A stretch of 63,999 bases of DNA, counting the filler, from Gonapodya sp. JEL0774 (Eukaryota), in the NCBI GenBank assembly GCA_027604505.1. It is 5 parts of 5 records of this genome, joined end to end, with 100 filler letters (N's around TTAATTAATTAA, not from the genome) between each part and the next. Parts side by side here need not be neighbours in the genome. Positions count along the whole stretch, not along the records: positions 13,782 to 27,456 come from JADIIX010000321.1; positions 27,557 to 41,213 come from JADIIX010000322.1; 3 more parts are not named here. One strand, written 5' to 3'. Every line of letters starts with the position of its first letter. Within the stretch, counting starts at the first letter, position 1. This document shows, piece by piece, positions 22,386 through 35,980 of the stretch. The notes under the pieces were generated by a model. That model was given only the letters and a program-made list of their open reading frames with translations. It had not been told where the DNA came from and searched no databases. Made by a program: the position numbers and the translations under genes.

Positions 22386-23863
22386 ATGACTCACAACTGC
22401 CTCCCGCCTGAAGAGCTGGCTTACCGGACGAACTTACCAAAGCTCTTCGAAAACATGCGAGAAATTCTTTTCTTGAAAGCGGACTTGCAATCGCGGAAGA
22501 TTTCTGTGCTCAAAACGCTAGTGCTGCTGCCGTACAACGAGAAGTTGTTGAGAAAAAGCTCGACGAAATAGTGAAGTCCATAATTGGAGATATCAAGAAC
22601 GGCGACATTGCTGCCGTCGGCTTGAGAATACTAGAAAGTCTGCGTCGTTACTATCCTCGACAGCATGTCGTGTGTAAGCTGTGGGTTATACCATTATCAA
22701 AACCGTTTACAGTTTCACTTCATGCATTCATCCACTATGTCATTGCAGAGCTCTGAACAGAATTCTTGTGGACGCCACGGAGGAGGGCGCAAAACATCCA
22801 CTGACCCAGGTCGGAATTTTTCTTGCGCGAGTCAGGGTTTTGAGGGAGATCCGGCGCGTTCAGTCTGAGCCACAGCCACACGAGAGAGCTGTTATTCGGT
22901 TCGGAGTGACTCTATACAGGACCCAGGGGGTGGGTTTTCCGACTGCCCAGCAGATTGGTCTTTCAGATGAAGATTTCGATTCGAAGTGCGAGGACATACA
23001 TATCATACTCCTTCAAGTCGCCATGTTGTGGGTTTACAATCTCCATCATTGATGCATTGTAGAGTATTGACGTTTTTGTCCTATTTTTCAGGACCAAACT
23101 GATGGGGAACGGTACTCTCACAGCGCAGAACGTGCACCATTCGGAGGCAAAAGCTTTGAAGCTGTGGGACACGTTGATTGATCTAGCGCATCGGTCCGGG
23201 GATCATACTGTTGTGCGCAACAACCAGGTTTCAGTGGATGGTATGCATGGGCGAGAACGGGGCGATGCAACGTGGACAACGACACTTGGGGATCGGAATG
23301 GCGAGATTGTGCATGCATCAACTGCTACTGGAGAAACCAAGTCTGGGCGGAGCATAAGGTCGGATTTCCGAAAGGTTGTGTATTTCATGGCTGAAGCACT
23401 CTGACACCTTGAGGACAATATGCCTGTGGAGGCACGGTTGTACTTGGAGACACATGGGATGCTCACTCGCGGTGCCACAGCAACGCCTTCCGTGTGTCAC
23501 TTTCTAGACGATAGGAGCGACATTGTGATGGTATCAAGACTGTGTGAGCCTGTCACAATTGAGGTCAGGCGCGACGTAGATCCTGAGGATTTGTTCGATG
23601 GCGTGGCGATGGTCAATGCGCTTGCGCGTCATATGGCTGTGTGTCATGAAGATCTTGTCACAAGGTTCTCTGTGGTTGTTGATGGGGCAGCACCATCATC
23701 AGGGGATGAGGTGGAGGGTGGTCCAGTGGCTGAAGTGGAAGCACATTCATCAAAGAGATCGCGGATTGCACTACCAAGTTCAGCTGCTCCAGCGGAAGGG
23801 CCTCAGGCTGCCAGACGGACATCGTCGAGACTCAAGAGGTATGTAAGAGATGGCCTGGTGTGA
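22386..23863 (+). pseudogene. Degenerate gene, possibly PD-(D/E)xK restriction-endonuclease-fold (Crinkler-type)
   Basis: Consecutive ORF fragments separated by in-frame stops (22570, about 23402). RGDATW...ATGETKS...SDFRKV resembles a D..ExK motif. Confidence 0.3.
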
Positions 23864-26505
23864 GAGCGGCTCTTTTGACACTGGCATGTCCTTACAGGTC
23901 CACAGAGAACATTTTCAAGCAATGAGAGATATGGGAGAGATGGCAAGTAAAATATGAGGTGATTGAACTGCCCTTATGAGTGTATATTTATATTACCTTG
24001 GTATGTATATACTTATGATATATCTTGATCAATCACGATTTCACCAAATAGCTGATCAATCACTCTATGGTCTCCATCACCATGAACTGACAGGTTAGTC
24101 AGCTAACTATCTCTCCATACAATCTCTCCAACTTGTCAATAATGTCTCACGACGCTGTGTAATAAGTGCACATGTAAGAGCCTATATATTTCTTGTGGTC
24201 AAGTCGATCCTGCTATCCGTATGAAAACTCCCCATTTCTCATACCCCTGTTCGAATGTTGTATAGAACATCATGATGTGCGCAATAATGAGATGGAAAGT
24301 GGGTCTACCAGTGTGATATAAACAACTCACGTATCGATGCAAAGAAACGGTGGATCTCAGTGTATCAGGCTGGGGATCTAATGGCCGTGCCAAGCGGAGC
24401 CAGGTGTTGTGCCTATTTTCGAATCGAGTCTGTCCTGAGTATATTGGCGTTTTACAGTCTCGCGCGTGTTCATACTCGATAGCACATGTCCACCAACCCA
24501 CTGCCATCTCTACTGTGGGTCCGTCAGATGGAATCCAATTCAAAAAAACAATAATCTCAATCAACGTCTTCATCTATAACTGCATCAGAGGCCTCTGTCG
24601 AGGTCGGTGATCCTGCCCCATACTTGATGGTTTCAGGAGACAGGAATTCACCTGGAAATGTTGGGAGAAACGGGGCTGCACCAAATCCACGCAACCGTTT
24701 GTTCGCAAGGCGCAACTGCTCGGTGTTGTGTTGATTCCTTCAAAAATGAACAGTTACGGTATACAAACATGAACACACAAGATAAAAAAAAACACTTTAC
24801 TTACATAATTGTAGCTTCAGATGCCTTCCGGATTGCACCAAAGTATAGCGAGCGCCAGTGGCGAAGGCGATTACGAAGACTGGTGGCTGGTGGCGACGCT
24901 TCACGTTCCTCCGACAACTCCTGGAGGAGGGCACCTTTCAATTCGTTGAACTCATCACGAGCGTCCTTGTACCCCTTTTGAAGCAAAGTCCAGTTTACAC
25001 AATCTCCATCTTGCAACCTCGAGATAACACGTTGTTTCTCATGGAGCTCCTTGGTCTTCTCCTGCAAGAGTACTGCTTGCCGTTCAGAAAGTTCTCGCAA
25101 GCGGACAACTTCGGGTTGAACATCCAATCGTTTCTGTAGGACACTCAAAACAGATGTCGCAAAAGCATCGACGTCTGATTGAACATTTTCTTCTGGTGGA
25201 TCATCATATGCTGTTGCAACAGTTGATGGTTGAATGCGATTGCGTTTTTCAAGGTTGATAGGTGGACCTCCGTTGCTCCTGCTGACATTGGTTCCCTTGT
25301 TCCGCTCTTGTTTACCAAGACGATCTGCAAAATGAAAAGACGGTGAGCGAAAGTATAAACCCTGCACATAGAGCGATGATGAAATCCCAATTGGGATTTC
25401 AACGCTCTCCATTCCAAGTGCTCCCATACGAGAACACCAACGGAAAAGCGCATCTGCATTTGATGGATTACGCCACAAGAACCACGTCTCTCACAATGCG
25501 AATGGGATGAACCACACACATTGATCGATCGATTTACGTTCTGCAGAACACGTCTCTCACAATGCAAAGGCACGGGGGGTTCCACGTTCCAGAGCGCAGC
25601 CATTTGCATTGATCGATCGATTTACAACTGCGGTCAACGTCGCATGCAGATGTCATCGCGCACAAGTGAGGAGCGACATGCGCCCATAGGTTTCCCCATG
25701 CAAAGCACAATGCACACACACATCCGCTCAATCACCGTGCTTAAAATACAAAGGCTGGAAACTGTTTCTCCGCCTTCCTTGCTCACCTGATTTTGTTTTT
25801 CGTGGGACATCCGCCTCGCGCCCCGGCGACAAGTCCCGATAAGGCATACTGGTCATTCTTCGTAATTGTTTCTGCAAAGCGAAGGCACATTGTAAAAACA
25901 ATTACGAAGAATGAGCAGGAGAATGCTCAAGACACACCGCGACATGTGTTCCCGCGGAACACTATCGGGAGACAACGTACGTCATTTCCATCCATTGGAG
26001 CTTTTGGCATCTCTTCAATTGTTGTGTCAGCGGCGACAGTGTTAGAAAGTGTGTTTTTCTCGATGGGTCGATGCGGGCAAGGTGCGGTTTGGCCGACATA
26101 AGGGAGTCAATGTGGGTAGCAGCATCAGCACAGGGGGCAGCAGATCAAGCAGGTCTAAAGACGATGTTTCTGCTGCGATATCATCAGCAACGGTTGAAAC
26201 ACCACGTCCGTGATGACACATTCTACCGAGTAAGTTGGTCGCGTCCGACAGAAGACCCACTCTCCTTCCAGATCCGGAAAGCGAGCGCCACTGTATTCAC
26301 CTTTGTAAAAACCTTTGAGAAGACTCCAGGCGCGATGCTGATAGAAGGGAAGTCATCGCTTGAGGGGAGATAAACTTTTTATTGCCAGCACGACCATCTG
26401 TGGCGGTGCAGTTGCGTAGCCCCTGTGCCACACCCAGGATGGTCAGGGCAAATAAGTTTGCAAGGACTACAAATATATATTGACTATTCCATTGTTCGCC
26501 CTTGC

Positions 26506-27246
26506 TTAAAATTGCCTTCCGAATTGCTTACTGATGCTGTATTGCTTGTGATGCTCAAGCGGAATTCCTATCATCCGCTGAACACGGGTCTCGAGAGTTC
26601 TATCAACGGGAAACTCGTGTTTCAGAGGGTCACAATAAACTCCCTCGGACCTGCTCATGAAAGGGATGATGACTATCCTTGGGACATGAGCCTTTTTGCG
26701 TCCATCAATCTTTGGCATGTCGTTGGAACACGTGAACATTTTCGCAGTGTTCTCGACTTCACGCATCTCTTTGAAGAGCTCACGCGTCTGAAGACGGTCA
26801 CTACCACTGAGCCGCTTTAGTGGCTCCTCGTTGATTCTTGCGCCATCCTGAACTTCCGACATATAGGCAAACCGCCTGTTCACCATCATGGTGAGCTGCG
26901 GAGTGGCCGCATTGGCGTCGCCAGACTTCCCACATATCAGAGCAGAGTTCACAGAAACCCCGTATTTCCCTTGTGTCTGGTCCATGATTTTCATGAGCAC
27001 TCGACTAACCCACCCCTCGACATCGTCAATATCCAGGACAATGATTCCAGACGCAGAGTCAGTCTGAATGGCGATAGCGGTTCTGAGAGGAAAGGTCTTG
27101 GCTGCTTCGACGTCGAGATTCTGCCATCCCTTTGGCGCCGGCGCCTGCAGCTCCTTGCTCTCGCGCTCTACATTCCAAGCGAGCGAGATAGGGAAGGCAA
27201 TCCAGCCTAGTTCCAAGTACTTTGCGAGTTGCTCCTGTTTCGTCAT
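26506..27246 (-). pseudogene. Internally deleted viral-type PrimPol plus D5/SF3 helicase
   Basis: N-terminal bifunctional primase-polymerase motifs (YLELGWIAFPI, PKGWQ, IAIQT..SGIIVLDID) join directly to the D5 helicase part (RRFAYMSEV...KRLSGSDRLQTRELF...SNDMPKID...RIVIIPF). Walker A is absent. Confidence 0.8.
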
Positions 27247-27312
27247 GATTGGTTGGAAAAACGAACAGAAAACACAAAGTTTGAGTAGGTCGTGGAATAT
27301 AGTGGAAGAATC

Positions 27313-27456
27313 GATGGATGGGATGAGGATGGGACGATAATTCTGTAAAATTTTCGAATATTCTCTCAGGATGGGATGAGAGATTCTGTAAACTTTTCGA
27401 AACTTTGTTCGGGATGGGGATGAGGATGGGATGAGAGATTCTGTAAACTTTTCGAA
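27313..27456. repeat. Three copies of GGATGGGATGAGAGATTCTGTAAACTTTTCGAA-like units
   Basis: Direct repeats upstream of the PrimPol-D5 ORF that run into the scaffold end. Confidence 0.85.
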
Positions 27457-27556
27457 NNNNNNNNNNNNNNNNNNNNNNNNNNNNNNNNNNNNNNNNNNNN
27501 TTAATTAATTAANNNNNNNNNNNNNNNNNNNNNNNNNNNNNNNNNNNNNNNNNNNN
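27457..27556. other. Artificial scaffold spacer
   Basis: N run, TTAATTAATTAA, N run. Confidence 0.97.
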
Positions 27557-28461
27557 AAAGCCAGTTCATTGTTCTGTTGGCGATCGATGGACGCCTATGA
27601 ATTCAGCAAAGGTGGGTGGAGTGTGTGTGTGTGGGGGGGTTATAAATGGGGATCCACTCCTGGCCCTTCCTGAGGCAAACTGAGGCCGCGCCTGGGGTCG
27701 CCCAACCACAGCATGAGGCGAAGACGGCGGAGAACAAGAACGAGTCTGCAATCAAAGCGAGCCTTAAAATTGTTTGACCCATGCAGGCGTTTGAATATTC
27801 GCCCGGTTGCTTCGATAAGTTTAACGAGAACTCCAATGTAATGTGGTCCATCTATGTACGTAAGGGTAAATTGCGTGGCAAATTTTTCACCGTAGGTGGA
27901 GTCATCATAATTTATTGGAACGACTGCTCGCACTCGGTTTGTGGTGCGCTCGTGGGGTTGATCAAGTGGGTCTCAAACAATAGGTAGAGATAGGGTTTGG
28001 CGGCGTCAACGACTGTTGAGTTCACCAACACGTTGGAAGGAGAAATTGCTCTACATGACGCATTTCATATCCCATGTTGCACCTGCAGGCCGTCTCCTGA
28101 TCTCCATCAGAAGTTCTGGGGGACACACTCGAGGAAGATTTTATTAGAGCGCCAACGCTACGAAATTTCGACTTCAACATGTTCTTGGCGCAAGCATGGC
28201 GGGTTTTGCAAAATGGACACCGAGGGCCTCTAAGAGGTAGCTCAATGGGGCCAGCGACAACTGATGTGCACGGATATGGTTTGGACCCCGCGGGCAGTGA
28301 TGTCGATTGCATTAATTGATGGATGATCATGAGTACATTAAAACCCTTGGAGGATACTTTTCTGTCACAGAGCAACAGAGACTTGAGTGGAAAATGAACG
28401 GCACTAGATACTATTCCTTGATAATGAACTGTCACGGAGTTGGGCATCATCCCATTGCCGA

Positions 28462-29618
28462 TCACTTCACTCGCATAATAAACGCAAGAGCATACCATGA
28501 CGGCATGATATGAAGCTTATCGGTTCCAGTCTGGTCAATCTGAATGAGATGGTGGTGCGATCCACTACGTCCTGTTTGTCGGCCTCTCACTTCCACACCT
28601 CCAGTGTCGAGGAACGTTTGAGTGTAGCCAAGCTGATTTGCACCCTCTAAAGTGTCCGTCCCTGGAGGCAAATTGAATGAGACCACAAACGCAAAGTTGG
28701 CACGGCAACAACGGTGCTCACCTTGAGGGAACCTCCTTGTGTACGCTGAAACCCCGTCCATTGGATCATGACGATGCTCCCCAGCATCGTTGGTCGTGCC
28801 AGAAAACTGGAGCTCTGCACCTCCCGATGTATTAGCGAGTCGATTGTCCGAGAAACCGCATATGAATTTGTCTGTCAAGTCTGGAACACCAGGATGCCTG
28901 CCGTCACAGAGTTTCCAGTTTTCAGGAAGGTCGAGTGGATTGCCACTGTACATGACAATTCCATGCAGTGGAACTGAAAAGAGAGAAGCTCATGTAAACC
29001 GCGCAGTGTGTGAACGACTTGAATGATCGCAGTCCGACCTTGACCAAGCCTATCCCTTGAAATTGGTGACGACATGAGTATAAAACATAAAGCCGTAGCC
29101 ACGAGACATGTGATCACAATCTTGTCCTCAGAAAGAGTTCGGAGCAACACCCATGGATTCGACGCATTGTGCACAACGTTGGCCCTCAGACACAGCACGG
29201 TGATGAGACAAATGAACACCATGATCTCCCGAAAAATCTTCCTGATTTCCCGGATGGTCCTTTCGAAGACAACAAGCCAATCTGATGCAATGGCGTTGTT
29301 TGTCTGGGAAGATGTCTCGTCAATCACAGTTGACAGTTCGACCCTTGACATCTTCTGTGTACTCACATTCCGCACTGCCCTGGGCAAAGCTTGAACGCCC
29401 GCTCCCACATCCGCGATCACTTCGTTGCGCAGCCCGCCGTCGACGTGTACGTCGACGTTGACGCCTCCCGATGCTTCCACTCTCATGTCACTATGCTGGT
29501 GCCTGACATCAATGGTGAAGAAGTCTTTGATAGCCTTTGTGATATCAGGCAGGAGGTTCCCCATATGAGCGTTTCTCCTGGAAAGTTTGCTCGTTGTGAT
29601 ACGGCGTGGGCTTTTCAA
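28462..29618 (-). CDS. Membrane protein fused to a phage/virus tail-collar-like domain; one predicted intron (28974-29038)
   Basis: VPLHGIVMYSG...LPENWKLCDG..GVPDLTDKFICG...HIMPSWYALAFIMRVK is a tail-collar/fibre signature. The upstream ORF has two hydrophobic helices, and a GT..TTTTCAG intron joins the two parts in frame. Confidence 0.7.
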
Positions 29619-29980
29619 TGGTAACGGTGCTGTGGTACTGTGTTAGCCGACTGTGGATGCTTGTTTTGCGCCTCCGCAGCAGCCAATTCCCCCGTTTTGG
29701 CAGGGGAACATCCGAACTCCGCGAGTTCATTCAACTAATAACTTCCATCATCAAAAAATTGCTTCATTTTACGTGGCCTCCGAATGGCTGAGTTCCCTGT
29801 TTCCACGCTCTTGCACCCTAGTCAGCGGGTGAATCCACCTGGACTCGACGCGAAACTCAATGCCATGATTCAGGTGAGCCGCCATTGCAATCTACATGGA
29901 AGCATCTACGAAATCTGAAAGCTTCTGCGTGCCGAAATCTCTGATGGTCTCAGGCCTTTTGGGAGAACCAACAGCGACAC

Positions 29981-30709
29981 ATGGCAGCAACATCTCAAGA
30001 GGACTTGAAGAGTCACAACGTGCCCGTAGCACGGGTCAAAAAGGTGATGCGGAGTGATGATACGGTGAAAAGCCTGGTGCGGGCCTTGTCGTTATACAGA
30101 ACACCGAGCCCCACGGTGAAGAGCTCACAAAACACGTCGGATTTCCAATGCGCAGATGATTTCTGGGGAAACTCCCATCCTCCTCGCCAAGGCCGCCGAA
30201 ATATTCATCGAAGAACTGACTCTCCGCGCGTGGTTGCACACAGAGGAAGACAGGAGGCGGACTCTGCACCGGCCCGATGTGGCTCAAGCCGTCGCACAGA
30301 ACGAAATGTTTGACTTTTTGATTGACATTGTACCGAGGGATGCGGAGTGGGTCAGGGGCAACTCGATGTCTGCGGAAGCTCACGGGGGGGCTCCGAGCCA
30401 ACTCAGCCCGAATGAGCACTTCTTTGGAGCTCCACAAGTGAGTAATAACTCAATTATCGACTTGTGCCTTCACTGTTCATTCAGTTTATCGTTTGTGTCT
30501 CGTCTCTCTTGCGATCTTCTCGTTGCCAGGTCTCGAATCCTGCAGGTTCTTTAGCAGGTGCATCTTTGGACACGCCTCCACCCCCTGCTGCTCACCTGCA
30601 ACCGCAGCTAGGTCATTCAATTGAGCACGATCTCATGTCACAGCTTGCGATGCAAGCCGCGGATCACATCAAGTCTGGACAGGACGAGCACCGGCGAGGA
30701 AGTGCATGA
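29981..30709 (+). CDS. HAP5: CCAAT-binding factor subunit NF-YC/HAP5-like histone-fold protein, spliced
   Basis: [13 protein letters not shown], intron, then [26 protein letters not shown]...[10 protein letters not shown]. Confidence 0.85.
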
Positions 30710-31615
30710 GAGTCATCGCACCCTACATATAAGACCGAGATAAAGGCAATGAAATGCCAGTCGGTTGTGGACCAGAGTAGGAGAAATGGCTGGCAATGGA
30801 TGTCTACAATGGCGATAGTTGGACCCTCGGAATCACGTCTCTCGTGTCTTCACACTTGAAACTGCCCTCTTCGCCATCGTGCAGCCCGATGATTTGTTGT
30901 GTAGATTCTTATTTGATCTCGTCGGAGTGTGTTGTGAGCCTCCACGCTGTGATAGTGGAGGTCGAAATCGGCATTCCGGGAGATTCTACATCCGTCTGAA
31001 CGATCATTGGAGCACATTGGGACGTATCGTAGTAAATTTCACTTCTTTGTGTATATTCCTCAATTGGGAATGGTTGCAAGTGAGCACGTCTCCCATGACT
31101 GTCAAATGGCAGGTGAATTGATGCTGGGGAGTGTCGGCAACACACGCAAAACGCGGGGCAAAGTCAGTAGCGAAAAGAGGAGGGGCAGCGGAAGTGGGCA
31201 AGGGTTGTGCGGGATTGTATTGCGACCTCCAAGCGCTGGTCTATCCAGGGAGGTATCAGGTACATGAGGTTGCCCCGGCTGGCAACGCATTGGCGTTGCA
31301 CCGTGGACCAGGCTTTCGCTTGTTTCCTCTTTCCCATAATTAGGGAATTCGAATGACGGAATCTCAGTCGATAGCTCAGATGCGCGGCAAGAGTAGTCCG
31401 ACGGTGTGCTGCTGTTGCTCTTAAGGGTCTCCCTTTATTAGTCAATCCGTAGAAGTCTTGGCGACACAATTTTACCCTCAAACAAACGTTACTCCCAATT
31501 ACCCAATCTTTTCATCATACGAACTCCACCGGCGACAGCTTTACCCCTTCCAAAACCTGTTAGCTTTCTTTCGCTGAATTTCCATCTTACGACATAACCT
31601 ATCTCACAACCAACA

Positions 31616-34352
31616 ATGAATCGAACGGAAACCCGCTGCATGACGGACGTTCTACCCGGCGAGATCTTGACAAGAGTTCTTACTTTTCTTCCGGCAGCTG
31701 ACATAGCACGAGCTGCTCGGACTTGTAGGATCCTTGCCGCCATCTCTCTCCAGTCCACATTCTGGGCATCGCTGTTGGCGACTGGAATACCACTAAGCGA
31801 TACGAAACTCTCGGTCTCGAATCAAGCTGACTATCCGAATGACGACAAAGATTTTAGCTATCCTGACACAACTGACATTTGGCCCACGGTTACAAGGTTG
31901 TCCAGAAGTTATCGTTGGCCGAAGCTCATCCGACTTCCCGCGGTACTGGTCAAGGTACCTCCTTTCGAGACACTGGAAGTTGTTAAGGAGAGTAGTGGTG
32001 TGGAAACCGGAGGAGCGATCAGTTTGGTTGAAGACGAAATGTGGACAGGAAGCGCTGTCGCTCTACCATTTTATGACATTGTGTCTCCTGGAAAAGAGAA
32101 GGAACTTGTTCGCGCATTATGTGAGCTCATAATTCAATTCAAATCTCACCACTCCCTTGCGTGCCGAGACTCAATTGCAGGGCCTCTTCTCCGGATCATG
32201 CAGATGCTTTATCCACATCGCCACCACTCCCAGTGGACATAATTGCCACCGGAGAGTTTGCATCCACGACCGACGATCCGTCTCAATCTATCCAACGGAC
32301 TCTTGACGGATCTATCTACTCATTTTGGTCTTCGACTGGATCTCACCTATCGGATCCTGGGAAAGCTCCACCGGAGACCCTCATTTTCAGTCTCGTCGGA
32401 ACCAACTGCATTATTCAAGAAATATCGTTGCGTTGGTTTACAGCGTTTTTCTTACCAGGCTTACCCTGGTTTGGTCCGAAATGGGTCCGATTCTCCGTTG
32501 GATTTCACCGTACAAAGACGGCGAGTGGAGATGAACACGGCTTGTCACCGCTTCGTCTTCCTGCGCATTATGTCTCTCCATACGTTAGTGTGGATTCAAG
32601 ACAGCGTGAGTGACAAAGGGTTGATCTATGTGGTCAAAAATCGCACTTAATGCTTCTCGCGCATTATACCTATGGTAGCTGTTACCATTTTCCGCCCTCC
32701 AATACTCGTCGCGGGATCATATCTCCGTATCGACATGTTTGGTCGTTGCGGAATGCAAACTTCGGACGAACTATTTTATATCGGAGTTGGCAAAGTTGAA
32801 TGCCTCGGCTGGGGTGAGCATGTGTGCCTCTTGAGTCACGGATACCAACTTGCAACAATATTGTCAAAGCTGATTCTCGATTATCTGTCTTGAAGCCTCA
32901 GATGCGCTCAACCCTGATGACTCTAACGACGTCTACCGTTCCATCCAAACTGCACTTCAAAGTGTACACAGCCGGCTCCTCTTCGCCGCCGATGAGACCT
33001 CCGCGACCACAATTCAAGTACCGAGTTCGGAACAACCTCCTGTTTTTATGTCGAATGCGGAAATAATGCAGCGACGACGTGCAGATACGGAGATTCTGGC
33101 GCGCCAGTTGCAAGAGGTCGCAAAGGTGATGGCGAAGGCAAAAAGCACCGAGGGCTTGAAAGAGAGGCGCGAAATGTGGATTTATGCTGCCGAGAAGGTG
33201 CCTCGGGTACGTTGCCGGCAGTCAGGGCGTTGGAAATTAACGTGTTTTCCGTGGCTATACTTTCTTGGGCTTACTACCAGGTTTCTCCGACTGTTCGCGC
33301 GACGCATCTCCTCCCCATCTTTCTCTTGGCTCGCAGGCGTGAGCTGAACCGTTTGAGATCGATAATTGAACAAGGTGATGCAGATGACCGCAATCAGGAA
33401 GCTTCGACGTTGCCGTCAGAGAGGCGCAACATCACTAATGAGGCAGAAAATCTATCGATCAATTGCTCTAAGCAACGCGTGTTGTCGCCGGAGAACGACC
33501 CAGCCGAGTACTACTTCAGAATGATGGATGATTCAGGTCGAGATATCGATGAAAGGGAAGGAGTTGCAATGGGTGAGGGAAGCAGGCTGTCTCTGGTTCA
33601 GATATCAGCACGCATACTTACCTACTGCGTCGTTTCTTTCCCTCCTCATATTTAGTGCATCTTATAGAATCTAGTTCGTCGTTAGCCGCCGTGCACTCTA
33701 ACGGCATCGAGACCGCTCCCATGGCTACTCGATTTGATCGTCTACTGTCGGAAAATAGAATAAACTGTGGGTTGGACCTCGGGCAGGCGCTGTGGGATGC
33801 AGGAGATCGAAAGACTGCGGCGGCGGTGTGGTCCAAAGGGAATGTTGCCGACAAGGTCAGTTCAGGCATATGTTGCGCTACCTTCCGCTTTTCGATGACA
33901 AAGACGTTATTACTGGTATTTCTTAACAGATTATCTTCTCCCACCTACGACTCCATTTATACGCTCCACTTGTTGACTACATTCTCGGGGCCCTTCCATC
34001 TCCTACGGCAGAGCTGGGAAACATCATTCGTGACCTTGCGGCAGAGCAAGGCCACGAAGAGGCTTGCCGATTTGGCGCAGCAGCCATCAACGTCTATTGG
34101 AACTTGAGAACCACGGTGTGCGAAGCATTAAAATTGGAAGTAACAGAATTGGAAAGAATCGTACAGAGTGGGAGTGGAAGTGGGAGTGGCGGAGGGTATT
34201 CAACTGGTGCGTTATCCTTAATGTTCGGTGGAGCTGGTGTTTCGATGACAAAAGAAGCAGAGACATGGATGGTTGAAGAAGGGACTAGGCGGGATTTAAT
34301 GGAAGGAAGAATGAGAACCAATGGTGATGACGGTGACGGGATTGTGCGGTGA
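31616..34352 (+). CDS. F-box protein with a beta-sandwich C-domain, multi-exon
   Basis: F-box DVLPGEILTRVLTFLPAADIARAARTCR, then SFWSSTGS...ETLIFSL..NCIIQEISLRWF...VRFSVG. Exon structure and 3' end are approximate. Confidence 0.7.
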
Positions 34353-34599
34353 TAGCATCGATTATATGTCGGACGACTGCAATGAGTTTTCGGTGAAAGT
34401 TGGCACTGCGACTGACCCAGCGTGAATAACACGAGCGAAGTCTGTAATGCATTACTGTTATTGTATATATTTTGCTACTGGACACGGTCACAGTTTCCCA
34501 AGGTTGTGGTTCAATCACGAAATCTCTGAGAGCATCGCCTGGCAAAATCTCGTTGAGCGTCAACCGAGTCGACTCATCCATTGTGGTTTCGGAGGTGGA

Positions 34600-34930
34600 A
34601 TTGTTGTGAAAAGCCCAGACTCCCAAGCACGGCGCACCCAAAACTTTGTGCATATAGGCCACCTCTTGAACGAGCTGAACAAACACGCGGTCTATCTCGC
34701 TCTGATTAACAAAAGCACCGGCACTGATGGCGGTGTACATGTCTCCACCATGGATATTGGCATCGTCGTATTCAAGGTCGTAGACGCGGAGGTTGTTCGA
34801 ATGTCGAGAAAGCCCAATTCAAAATTCCACTAGGCATCGCTGCATGTAGCAGTCGGGATAGGCCTCGTTGCTATCCTTGTGCCGGAATACCTTCAAAGCG
34901 AAACGCCTCCGGTCGCCAACCCGTCAAACC
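34600..34930 (-). pseudogene. Degenerate Ser/Thr kinase fragment (HAL/Sat4-like N-lobe)
   Basis: LKVFRH...YMQRCLVEF*IGLSRHSNNLRVYDL...GGDMY..I...EIDRVFVQLVQEVAYMH, with an internal stop and no HRD/DFG. Confidence 0.5.
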
Positions 34931-35980
34931 AACGCCACATTCCCCCAGCCGCCAGTCCCAAGAGGTTTCTCCAGTTCTATGTAGTTCTTTCTGAAAAGTC
35001 TTTGTGGTCCCTCCAGGTTTACGCTGTCGGTTCCCGAGGCGGAATCATCACTGTCCCACGACGGACGGAGGCAATGAAACTGCTACGGTCGAGTCAACGG
35101 CTGGTCATGGTCGACGGCACTGTTGCCTCTCTGTCGAATTGGGCTGACAAGGGATGGCGATGAATTCGAACGTGGTTGCCCGGGTGCTCGCGCATGGCCT
35201 TAACGGTACCGTCCCCCCGCCGCCATTATGGGTCACGCCGCACTCCCACCAGTGGACACCTGACAACTCAGTTTTGTTCGATCAGTATCTGAGCGACGCG
35301 GAGCTGACGAAAACCTGCGAGGATGCAAATTGAACTCCTAATTGTGAGGTGGGAAGCACGCGGAAACTGGAGAACTCACTGGTTGCCATATTCACTCCTA
35401 AGAAGACTGGTTTGACCTGCGCTTTGAAGCCCACTCGTCACGATCGTGAACCTGTTGGCAATATGGTTGAGCAATGACACAGTCAAGCATGAACGGGTGG
35501 TTTCTCCCGATCGACCACAGTCCAGGTCATCGAACACTCCCAACATTCATTACCGAGAAACATTTTGTTGACAGCAGACGGAGAGTCCGCGATTGATTCT
35601 TCTGGCGTTTCCATTCAATTCAAGACCAAGACTCTGTTGCTTGTCTGGCTTTCGTGTGCGCGCGTGGTTCTGGACCATCTTTCGCACAACTGATCTATCA
35701 GCGATTGCAAGGGCCCAGCGTATCACTTGCAACATGGCGTGCAAATGTTTGAACTTCACTCTGCTGCTAGTTTGTGATACGACCGTTGAGAGACCTGTTG
35801 GCCTTCACTCGTCACCTCTCTCTTGCAAGTGTTTCTATGCTTGTTCTTGTGCCTGGGGAGACGGGGCAACGACGCATCCCTTTCACAGGCAATGATTTGC
35901 ACCCTGGCTTCTCCATAGTTCATCCGGTGCCGAAGACAGTTCCGTAGAATTTGGTTCCCTCACGCTCCGCGTCCCTCGAT

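Noticed and set aside
21540..22394. 284-aa ORF
   Set aside because: It is low-complexity with no recognisable domain and cannot be supported as a gene.
27313..27456. Repeat-spacer pattern as a mini CRISPR array
   Set aside because: There are only three units with short, partly repetitive intervals, no cas genes, and a eukaryotic context.
26506..29618. PrimPol-D5 and tail-collar genes as one viral element
   Set aside because: An artificial scaffold spacer (27457-27556) separates them, so the adjacency is meaningless.
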